From positions 32,001-96,000 of the IMG/VR virus record IMGVR_UViG_3300027749_000058: a stretch of 64,000 nucleotides of DNA, one strand, 5' to 3'. Below, piece after piece: positions 26,854 to 35,110 of this stretch. A program made the position numbers and the translations under genes. The notes below the pieces were generated by a model that had not been told where the DNA came from, searched no databases, and saw nothing but the letters and a program-made list of their open reading frames with translations. Each line of letters opens with the position of its first letter. The stretch's first letter is position 1. The stretch comes from a virus.

Positions 26854-26941
26854 GGAGAGTTGGGTGAGTGGTTTAAACCAGCAGTTTGCTAAACTGCCGT
26901 ATCTCTAAAGGATACCATTAGTTCAAATCTAATACTCTCCG
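26854..26941 (+). tRNA. tRNA-Ser(GCU)
   Basis: GCAGT-TTGCTAA-ACTGC; long variable arm; G73. Confidence 0.93.
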
Positions 26942-27047
26942 CAAAAAATTAGATAAAATTCACATAAAAATTGACTAAAACCAAAACTTTTACTATATTT
27001 ATAGTCTATTAAGTTTAAAAAACATTAAAAACAAAAAACAAACATTT

Positions 27048-27212
27048 ATGAAAAAAATCGTAGCATTATTTGCAATCGTAGCATTAGTTTCTTGCGGAAA
27101 CGGAACATCAACTCAAGTAAAATCTGATTCTTCTACTGTTGTAGTAGATTCAACTAAAACTGACTCTACAGTAGTTAAAGTAGATTCTGCAAAAGCCGAA
27201 AAAGTTAAATAA
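27048..27212 (+). CDS. small 54-aa lipoprotein, not in the track
   Basis: MKKIVALFAIVALVSC lipobox; repeated DS(S/T/A); long A-rich 5' region; terminator at 27235-27260. Confidence 0.85.
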   Translation: MKKIVALFAIVALVSCGNGTSTQVKSDSSTVVVDSTKTDSTVVKVDSAKAEKVK

Positions 27213-27258
27213 TATAACTTTTTCTTAAAACAGAAAACCCATCTTACGATGGGTTTTT

Positions 27259-28473
27259 TTATTTTAATAAGTTTTTAATTCTTTCTATATTTTCATCAAT
27301 TTTTTTACTACTCATACTATTTTTATTAAAGAAATTTTTAAGTTTAGGTTCTCCTCCCTTAGTCATTGATGGTATTTTATCATTTATTTTTTTACCTAAC
27401 CCAAGTATTTTTTTACCTATCCATGGGTAAAATGGATCATAATATTCTGTTTCTTTTTTATCCTTATCTTTGTCCTTATCTTTATCATCATCTTTCTTTT
27501 TATTTATATTATTAGTTGAAATTTCTTTATCTAAAATTATAGGTAAATTTAATTTAGTCCATGATTTATCGTATAATGAAACTGTTACATCAGAAGATGT
27601 TTTTCCTAAAATATCTCCCTTAAATATTTTTTGACCATCTCTAACTTCAGGGTTAGATATACCACAAAATAATAAATAATAAGTCTTATCTTCAATAGAA
27701 TGTTGAATTGTTATTTGATTAGGACAACGACCTTCAGAATGATAGTTATTAATTACACCATTAGTTGGTGATTTTATCTTAGTATTCGTACTACTTGGGA
27801 TAATAATTGAAGTATTATTACTTGAAATTCTATCACCTAATTTTGAATATATTTTTTCTTCTTTTATTCCGAGTTGTGATGCGGTATTTTGCAATGCTTT
27901 AACTGTTGCATCATTATAGTCTATATGACTAGTTCCGAATTGGTCATCGTTTGGTTGTTGTGTTGTTCCGGATTGTGTTGTTCCAGATTGTGGACTAGTT
28001 GCGACTGAGTTTCCTCCATTTGTGTTAGATACGTGAACATGATTATCATGACCTTTAAATCCAAACGTTAAAACAGCTTTAGGATTTCCTGTTTCTGAAT
28101 TTTTTACATATCCCATTTTAACCAATGCATTTACAAATTGGTCTGCATCTGATCTATTTGCGAGACTAACATTTTTACCATTAATCATTGCAATATCAAC
28201 TGCATTTCCACTTGGATGTCTTGAAGGAAGACTTTCATGACCTGATTGAGCTGTAGTAATACTAACATTAACATTCGCAGCTTTAGCTGCGTCTTGGACA
28301 TCTTTTAAAAGTTGTTGATTAATATTATCTCTTGATGGATAACTATTTGCTCCGTCTCTAAAATCTACATTGGGACCAGGGTCAATAGCTTCTGTTGCCA
28401 AGTCTTTTTTAAAATCTCTTTTTAAATCTGAAAGAATATCGTAAGTCTCATTAATTTTTTTAATTTCAATCAT
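27259..28473 (-). CDS. putative peptidoglycan peptidase (M15-like catalytic domain plus degenerate M23-like domain)
   Basis: SRHPSGNAVDI...HDNHVHV; IKSPTNGVI...VRDGQKIFKGDILG. Confidence 0.7.
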   Translation of the reverse strand: MIEIKKINETYDILSDLKRDFKKDLATEAIDPGPNVDFRDGANSYPSRDNINQQLLKDVQDAAKAANVNVSITTAQSGHESLPSRHPSGNAVDIAMINGKNVSLANRSDADQFVNALVKMGYVKNSETGNPKAVLTFGFKGHDNHVHVSNTNGGNSVATSPQSGTTQSGTTQQPNDDQFGTSHIDYNDATVKALQNTASQLGIKEEKIYSKLGDRISSNNTSIIIPSSTNTKIKSPTNGVINNYHSEGRCPNQITIQHSIEDKTYYLLFCGISNPEVRDGQKIFKGDILGKTSSDVTVSLYDKSWTKLNLPIILDKEISTNNINKKKDDDKDKDKDKDKKETEYYDPFYPWIGKKILGLGKKINDKIPSMTKGGEPKLKNFFNKNSMSSKKIDENIERIKNLLK

Positions 28474-28522
28474 ATTAATAAATACTACGATATTAGATAA
28501 AAAAAAACCGAGGTAACTCGGT

Positions 28523-28885
28523 TTATCTATTTGAAGAATAATTTAATACTTTCTTTTGTGTTGGTTGATTCAAATTAGTAGGTTCTTTACTAAATGTTTC
28601 AGATTGAACTTGGTCTAATACTTTTGTCTCAACCTCATTTAATTGAACCTTTTTTGACTTTGGTTTTTTATCCTCAATTAAACCAAATTTAATCCATCTA
28701 TACCATATCCTTTCATGAAAATAATATATTACAGGTTTAAATATCATTTCAGCAACTCCAAACGCCGCTCCAATTTTAATACTACCAGTTATACACCACA
28801 TAATTAAAAATCCGGCAAATGTGCTAATAATTCTATAACTTATTGTTTTTCCTATATGCCTTTTGGTTGATACTTTATAACTCAT
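28523..28885 (-). CDS. DUF2061-like membrane protein
   Basis: RHIGKTISYRIIST...YYFHERIW. Confidence 0.75.
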   Translation of the reverse strand: MSYKVSTKRHIGKTISYRIISTFAGFLIMWCITGSIKIGAAFGVAEMIFKPVIYYFHERIWYRWIKFGLIEDKKPKSKKVQLNEVETKVLDQVQSETFSKEPTNLNQPTQKKVLNYSSNR

Positions 28886-29004
28886 ATTGAATAATTATCA
28901 TGAAAATTGAATTATGTGTTCACGGACTGGTGAGATATTATATTTCGGAGTGAACTTTCTTTCACCGACGCAGTCGATTACCACCAGTTTAACCATTTTG
29001 AAAT

Positions 29005-29193
29005 TTAAGACTTTTTATTTTCCTCCATCTCAATTCTGTTTTTTAAATCTAATTCAATAATTTTATTTTTCCACTCTTTCCAAATCTCAAAATCTTGTAA
29101 ATTTTGAATTGTCTTCTCATGTAGTAAAACAAATCCCTCAGGAGCAACTCCTGAATATCTATTCTTAACTATCTCATTTATTGATATCTTCAT
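29005..29193 (-). CDS. hypothetical protein
   Basis: 62-aa ORF. Confidence 0.55.
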   Translation of the reverse strand: MKISINEIVKNRYSGVAPEGFVLLHEKTIQNLQDFEIWKEWKNKIIELDLKNRIEMEENKKS

Positions 29194-29782
29194 TTAATTT
29201 TTTGATTATTTTATCTTTTAACCCTGTTTGTTTTAATCCTTCTCCACTCTTAGTTAAAAAGAAATTGTCAACTGGTTTTAATCCACCTTGTCTTAAATCC
29301 AAATCGTCAATTGCGATGAATTCAGTTACATTATAATCCTTAACAAATTTATCAACCTCAAAAAATCGATTTCTTTCTAAATCAAAAGATGATTTTAAAT
29401 TTTCGGTTACAAATTTAGGTGAACGGATTACACCATTTTCCTTAAAAATAGTGTCTAATTGTGATAAATCCCAATGTAATTTCCAATCTGAACTAAGAAC
29501 GATGACCGCTTCAGTTTTCTCTAATATTTCGTTAAAAACTTTAACACATCCTTTATCAAATCCGTACGGTACTCTTAATTCTTTCGCCCAATCATTGTTT
29601 TGACTAAATTTATTTCGGTTTCCCATAAATTGTTTATCGGTAGCCAATACACCATCTATGTCTAAAAATATTACTTTCATATTTGTTAATTTTTGTATAT
29701 GTTCACTAATAGTAAGTTCTTCACATTTCCAACACCATTCATTATCTTGTGTGTCCCAAATATGTCTATCGCATTTTGCCAT
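29174..29782 (-). CDS. HAD-superfamily phosphatase (HAD_SAK_2-like)
   Basis: VIFLDIDGVL, IVLSSDWK, FIAIDD. Confidence 0.85.
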   Translation of the reverse strand: MAKCDRHIWDTQDNEWCWKCEELTISEHIQKLTNMKVIFLDIDGVLATDKQFMGNRNKFSQNNDWAKELRVPYGFDKGCVKVFNEILEKTEAVIVLSSDWKLHWDLSQLDTIFKENGVIRSPKFVTENLKSSFDLERNRFFEVDKFVKDYNVTEFIAIDDLDLRQGGLKPVDNFFLTKSGEGLKQTGLKDKIIKKLNEDINK

Positions 29783-29858
29783 AATGTAAAGATACGATAT
29801 TTATATTAAAATACCAAGGTTATTTAACCTATAAAATTTAAACAGTAATAAATGGAAG

Positions 29859-30083
29859 ATGGAGATAAACAGAAAAACGTGGAGAGGAACCTTTCAGGAG
29901 AATCTTTCTCAAATATTTTTAATGCTGGCACTGTTTTTCAATCCTTTTGGATTCGATGCCGTTCAATATTCCCTAATATTACTGACAGGCAGTTTATGGA
30001 AAGCGAACTTCGTCTTGTATTGTATAGCGGGAGTATTTTTTGGTTGTTATATCTACTTTCGCAGATTATCTAAAAAAAATTAA
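29859..30083 (+). CDS. small membrane protein
   Basis: Hydrophobic helices (FLMLALFFNPFG, FVLYCIAGVFFGCYIYF). Confidence 0.6.
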   Translation: MEINRKTWRGTFQENLSQIFLMLALFFNPFGFDAVQYSLILLTGSLWKANFVLYCIAGVFFGCYIYFRRLSKKN

Positions 30084-31573
30084 AGAGCTCTTAATTCACC
30101 ATTTTTAAATGATTCAAAATTTGGACCAGGTATTATAATAAAACGTCTACCTTCTCTTTTGTATTGGATAATACCTGCCAAAACAGCGGCAGAAAAGAAT
30201 GATGAATATTGACCATCCCACCTACTTGCCGCTGAAAATTCAGAACTTCCTGGTCTGGCATATTCTTTTTTACCATCAACAACTCTTGATTTAAGAGTAC
30301 CGATATATTCCAAGAAATCTAATTTTGTTCCATTATCATATCCCGCATCTAAATAATCAACCATTTTTTTAATCATTCCTTTGTTTTTACCAAAGGTATA
30401 ACCGCTATTTGGTTTGTTCCAAACTTTTGATGTTTCTGTACCAGATGCTTTTCGAACAAGTTTTGGGTTATTTTGAACATGTGTTAATATTCTGCTGCCA
30501 ATATGTTTTCTAATTCCTTCGGCCATTTGAGAAATAGTGTTTTGAATAATGTAAGTTGAATCAATTCCCCATTCTTCTAAACCGAGGTCTACATGATATG
30601 GTGTATTATCGTCACTCATAAACCCTATACTAGCAGTAAATGACTTAGTATCTTTAGTATCATATTTAATAAACATTTGATATTCATCAAAGAATCTGTT
30701 AGTACTCTTTGAATCAATTAATGATACTGTAACCATACCTCCAGAACGTCCAAAATCAAAATTAGGAATATTTTCAAATCCTCTTACAAATACTGATAAA
30801 GTATAAGTTGATTGTAAATAATTTTTAATGTCTACTGAGGTGTAACCCATTGAGTTAAAAACTGATATTAATAGTTTGGAAGTACCACTTGTTCTAATTA
30901 TTTCATAATCTTTGTTAATTGCATCTATTATTTCAGGAAATGCGTAATTCATAACATCAATTTCTCTTTGGTTCATTGGTACGTCTTGAGAATCATAATA
31001 TCTTGTATGTCCTTCATTATCAAAATGAATTGCAATTTTTGAATAAGTTCTGTTTGTGGAATTGTCTTTGTTAATAATAAAATAAAGGGCTTGGTTACCT
31101 TGAGTATATCTTCCAAAATGTCCTGAGCTATGTGAGGATACACACCATTTTGTGTTGTAACCGTATTTACAGGAAGCTTCCTCGGTTTTTGGTTTTATAA
31201 CTAAAAACTTATTATCTTCGTAAATCTTATCAGCTTGTTTTTCTAATTCTTTCTCTTTTTCTTTCTCATGAAATGGTTTTAAAGCTTCTTCCAATTCAGA
31301 AAAAGTATTGTATTGATTGATATCTTTCTTTTTTAATTGAGATTGGTATTTGTCAAAATCTTTTACTAAATCAACGGCAATATCAACATTCATGTCAATA
31401 TCCGAATTTGGGTCTAAAACCTTTAAGATAAAATCTGTGTATTTGTGATTAAAATCTTGTAAATCAGAAATACCCAACACAAAGTCTAACACTTCATCAT
31501 CAAACTTGCTTGAATATTTTTTCTTTAAATCTTCTTTTCTACCTTCTTTAACAAGGATTGATATTAATTTCAT
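30080..31573 (-). CDS. late protein with KYGxxTKWC domain
   Basis: MKLISILVKEG; KDINQY..F.EL; ASCKYGYNTKWC. Confidence 0.7.
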   Translation of the reverse strand: MKLISILVKEGRKEDLKKKYSSKFDDEVLDFVLGISDLQDFNHKYTDFILKVLDPNSDIDMNVDIAVDLVKDFDKYQSQLKKKDINQYNTFSELEEALKPFHEKEKEKELEKQADKIYEDNKFLVIKPKTEEASCKYGYNTKWCVSSHSSGHFGRYTQGNQALYFIINKDNSTNRTYSKIAIHFDNEGHTRYYDSQDVPMNQREIDVMNYAFPEIIDAINKDYEIIRTSGTSKLLISVFNSMGYTSVDIKNYLQSTYTLSVFVRGFENIPNFDFGRSGGMVTVSLIDSKSTNRFFDEYQMFIKYDTKDTKSFTASIGFMSDDNTPYHVDLGLEEWGIDSTYIIQNTISQMAEGIRKHIGSRILTHVQNNPKLVRKASGTETSKVWNKPNSGYTFGKNKGMIKKMVDYLDAGYDNGTKLDFLEYIGTLKSRVVDGKKEYARPGSSEFSAASRWDGQYSSFFSAAVLAGIIQYKREGRRFIIIPGPNFESFKNGELRAL

Positions 31574-31594
31574 ACAAATAAATATACCAATAAG

Positions 31595-31945
31595 TTACTT
31601 CCAAAGAAATTGGATTGATAATATTATAAAACATAAGAATAGACATACTGATGTTTTTAATGTTAAAGGTTCTTTGAGTAGAAACCAAGACATTGCAGTA
31701 AAAACTATAACACCCAAACTAAACCCTATTAGACGATTTGGCCACGTTTGTCCTCCCCACAGTTCGACCATTGTTCTGCTTGCCATAATGACGTAATACC
31801 CTATAGGAATCCCTAATATTGCCATAATCATTGGGTTGTCTTTTATCCATTTATTAAAGAGATGTCCTTGTAGTTGGTAAAATGTGAAAACTTGCGACAC
31901 TAAATAAACAAATAAGACAAAAAAAATTGATGATACCTTATTCAT
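31595..31945 (-). CDS. small multi-pass membrane protein
   Basis: Start moved to 31945 (MNKVSS); about four hydrophobic helices. Confidence 0.7.
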   Translation of the reverse strand: MNKVSSIFFVLFVYLVSQVFTFYQLQGHLFNKWIKDNPMIMAILGIPIGYYVIMASRTMVELWGGQTWPNRLIGFSLGVIVFTAMSWFLLKEPLTLKTSVCLFLCFIILSIQFLWK

Positions 31946-32009
31946 TTTGTAATGATAATAAAATAAATGAAATAAAAAAGGGTTCAAAATAGAACCCTTT
32001 TTTATTATG

Positions 32010-32405
32010 TGGTGGAGGTGCAGGATTCCGCCTCCTGGTCTTGTTCGCCACACCATAGATGGACTACACGTTTAGTACAACATCGGTTCTCAATGTTACG
32101 AAATATTAGGTTTGATATAAGTGAGAAACTAACCTACAAACAACTTGGTCTCAGAGTTATTTTAGAGGAGCTCTGACCTGTGACCCCTTTGACTCATTTC
32201 TGTTCCAAGGTACGTATGAGAAACCCCGTGGTTGTTCTCTACAATTAAGCAGCAACAACAACAGCTTCTCTAGTTAAACCTAAAGTAGCCATTTTAGACA
32301 ATGTATTGTCATTTGAATTTTATCATCATAGATTTAAGTCATAGATGAAGTTTGACTACGTGCCCATTTACCATATAAACGCCAATCAATGCTAACGTCA
32401 CCCCC
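32010..32405 (-). ncRNA. ssrA: tmRNA; tag (A)DNTLSKMATLGLTREAVVVAA
   Basis: GGGGGTG / CACCTCC-ACCA acceptor with G3-U70; tag ORF 32310-32245 ending VVVAA-stop; own TATCTTTG promoter and boxA-like site; terminator at 31975-32003. Confidence 0.92.
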
Positions 32406-32478
32406 ATATGTTAAAGAACTTATTCAAAGATAAGTATAAATATTGAAATTCCAAATAAAACCGGTATTTATAAACAAT

Positions 32479-33519
32479 ATGGCATCATTTGACACATTTA
32501 TGGCTTTGAGGGATTACGTTAAAGGTAAAATCCAAAAATCAGAATTAGAGGATTCTGATCCAGACATTTATCATGTTCGAGAAGACAGGTCTAACCGTGG
32601 ACAAAGCGTTATTAAAATAGGTTTTAATGATGATAAATTTTGGGAAAAAGTAGGTTTACACGAAGATGATGTTTGGTTTATGAAGATGCTTAAATCACCT
32701 TATTCGGATTATGAGTTTAGGGATTCGTATAGTGTTACTGATGATTTTAGAAATGGGTATATCATTTTTTATGACTTTAATGAGGATAATATTGAAAAAT
32801 TAAAACGAATATCAAGATACATTTATCCTAAAAAATTTGACTTGGAGAATGAAGATTTTAGGTGTGACTTTGCCGACAAATTATTAAGTTCATTTAAAAG
32901 TCAAACTCAAGATATTATTTACGACTACCAAACTGAAAAAAATAGGGAAATGACACAAGTTGCTGAAGAAAGCATTGATAAAGAGTTAAATAACTATTTT
33001 AATGAATTTGGGTTTACCTTTGTAGCTGACGATGAATTTACAACAACTGTCGCAAATCTCATGATGTGGTATATCAGGGAAAATTCATTACAACTCTCAA
33101 TTTCAGAATTATTACCTAAAATTTTTAGTTCAAGTAAACTTTCAATAGGTGGATGGCAAGAAAATTCTTATGAATTTCAAGATTCTGAAAAATTTGATAG
33201 TATTTCATTTAATAATTATGCTGAACGTAAATTAGATGAAATAATTGAAAAGATTGAAGATGGTGCGGATGATGATTTTAATATGCAAGATTATATTGCT
33301 ATGATAGATAGAGTTAGTAAAAAGTTTGAGGTCGGTAGATGGTATAATTTACCAAAAAAGAAAGATATTAGGTTTTATGTTGAAAATTTTGAAATGAACC
33401 CAAATAAGGTTGTCGTTAAACTTTCTAGGGCACTCCAACAAAAAAAATTAAAATTAAGTGAAGAGAATTTTTACCACTTACTTTATCAACCTACATTATT
33501 TAATTTGGAAGAAATATAA
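32479..33519 (+). CDS. late hypothetical protein
   Basis: ATG at 32479 after TATTTATA. Confidence 0.7.
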   Translation: MASFDTFMALRDYVKGKIQKSELEDSDPDIYHVREDRSNRGQSVIKIGFNDDKFWEKVGLHEDDVWFMKMLKSPYSDYEFRDSYSVTDDFRNGYIIFYDFNEDNIEKLKRISRYIYPKKFDLENEDFRCDFADKLLSSFKSQTQDIIYDYQTEKNREMTQVAEESIDKELNNYFNEFGFTFVADDEFTTTVANLMMWYIRENSLQLSISELLPKIFSSSKLSIGGWQENSYEFQDSEKFDSISFNNYAERKLDEIIEKIEDGADDDFNMQDYIAMIDRVSKKFEVGRWYNLPKKKDIRFYVENFEMNPNKVVVKLSRALQQKKLKLSEENFYHLLYQPTLFNLEEI

Positions 33520-33539
33520 TTTTTTTGTATCTTTGTTAT

Positions 33540-34382
33540 ATGATACAAGATTTACAATTACTTAAAGACGTTTTAAGCGTCCCCACCAAAACATATCAAG
33601 AAGACCTAATGGTTCAATACTTGGTTAATTGGTTAACAGAAAACAATATCGAGTATTTTGTTGATGAATATAAGAATGTTTATGCAACAAAACAAGAATC
33701 GGTATTAATTCCAGAAAATTTCTATTTTCCGTGTGTGGTTGCGCATACAGATACTGTTCACAATATTGATGTAATCAATATTCGAGAAGAAATGTTACCA
33801 AATACTCAAGGTGAGTTAAAGTTGTCTTATAAGGCATATAATGACGATCAACTCCCAACAGGTATTGGTGGTGATGATAAATGTGGTGTATTTGCGTGTT
33901 TAACTCTACTAAAAGAATTACCTTATTTAAAGGCGGCATTTTTTGTATCTGAAGAAACAGGTTGTCATGGTTCCATGAAAGCGAAAGAAGAATTTTTCAC
34001 AAATGTTGGATATGGTATTCAGTTTGATGCTCCTGAAAATTGGATGATTACTGAAAAATGTTTTGGACAGGTTTTATTTGATAGAGATTCTGAATTTTTT
34101 GAAGCTTGTGATAAAGTATTAACTGAAGGAATGGTTAATGAAGATATGCAATATATGGTTCATCCATATACCGATGTTTATGCTTTAAGAGGAAAATTCA
34201 ATTTTTCTTGTATTAATTTTTCAATAGGATATTATAGATATCATACTGCTAATGAGTATGTAGTTGTTGAAGATGTGTTTAACGGAATTAATATGGGTCG
34301 TAAGATGATATCAAATCTTGGATACAAATTACACTACAAAGAGGCTAAAGTATATGATTGGAAAAGTAGAAGTGTTTTTTAA
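33540..34382 (+). CDS. M20/M28-type zinc peptidase
   Basis: AHTDTVH, GGDDKCG, SEETG, YHTANE. Confidence 0.85.
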   Translation: MIQDLQLLKDVLSVPTKTYQEDLMVQYLVNWLTENNIEYFVDEYKNVYATKQESVLIPENFYFPCVVAHTDTVHNIDVINIREEMLPNTQGELKLSYKAYNDDQLPTGIGGDDKCGVFACLTLLKELPYLKAAFFVSEETGCHGSMKAKEEFFTNVGYGIQFDAPENWMITEKCFGQVLFDRDSEFFEACDKVLTEGMVNEDMQYMVHPYTDVYALRGKFNFSCINFSIGYYRYHTANEYVVVEDVFNGINMGRKMISNLGYKLHYKEAKVYDWKSRSVF

Positions 34383-35059
34383 ATAAAATCTTCTAACTTA
34401 TCTAAATATTTTTTTACCATCGGGTGATCGGCAATATCTGAATATTCCTCACCCGATTTTTTTATTTGTTTTATTTGGTCAATTATTTGTCTTAACGACA
34501 TTTCAACCATTCTGGACATAGATGGATAATTTTCAATGTAAGAAGACAACTTAAATTGACTCTTTGCGAATTCTATTGGGATATTAAGTTTAATCACTAA
34601 TTTGGCAACCATTTGTTTTGCGAATCTATCTGCATCTAATTCTAGATTCCAATATTCTTCATATAACTTTTCAAAGTCTTCTAAATCACCCGTTAATGGG
34701 TTTTCTAATTTGAACTTAGTCATTTGTTCTTCGTGTCTTATTTCGTGAAATATGGTATAAAGAAAATCACCTATTGTAATCATATTTCTAGGTGCACAGA
34801 TAATGATTTGGTCTCTTGTTCTTACACCTGAATATCCAGGACAAGCGTTCAAGAACTTAATCGTGAAGTTATTTTCTTGTATATAATTTTTAACAAAGTT
34901 TTTAATTTCCGAAACTTTTTCTTTTTGGTCTATAGGAAAGCTTCGTTTAAAATGATTCACTAATCTATCAAAATTAGAAATTTTTGGTGTATTATCATGT
35001 CCACTTGATTCTAAATTTGTGACAGATTCTAATAAAACTTTTCTGATTAAATATTTCAT
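34379..35059 (-). CDS. late protein with HExxH zincin-like motif
   Basis: FHEIRHEEQ...LELDADRFA; N-terminus MKYLIRKVLLES. Confidence 0.65.
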   Translation of the reverse strand: MKYLIRKVLLESVTNLESSGHDNTPKISNFDRLVNHFKRSFPIDQKEKVSEIKNFVKNYIQENNFTIKFLNACPGYSGVRTRDQIIICAPRNMITIGDFLYTIFHEIRHEEQMTKFKLENPLTGDLEDFEKLYEEYWNLELDADRFAKQMVAKLVIKLNIPIEFAKSQFKLSSYIENYPSMSRMVEMSLRQIIDQIKQIKKSGEEYSDIADHPMVKKYLDKLEDFI

Positions 35060-35110
35060 TAGTTATAAATATAACAAACCCCCACATTTCTGTGAGGGTT
35101 ATGTTTTAGG

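Noticed and set aside
29852-30073. Alternate-frame 73-aa ORF
   Set aside because: It overlaps 29859..30083, which has a more coherent membrane-protein pattern; the choice is tentative.
31946-32056. N-terminal extension of ORF 31595..32056 (likewise the track starts at 19608, 22867 and 26015)
   Set aside because: The extensions run into tmRNA or tRNA genes or a terminator; downstream ATGs fit better.
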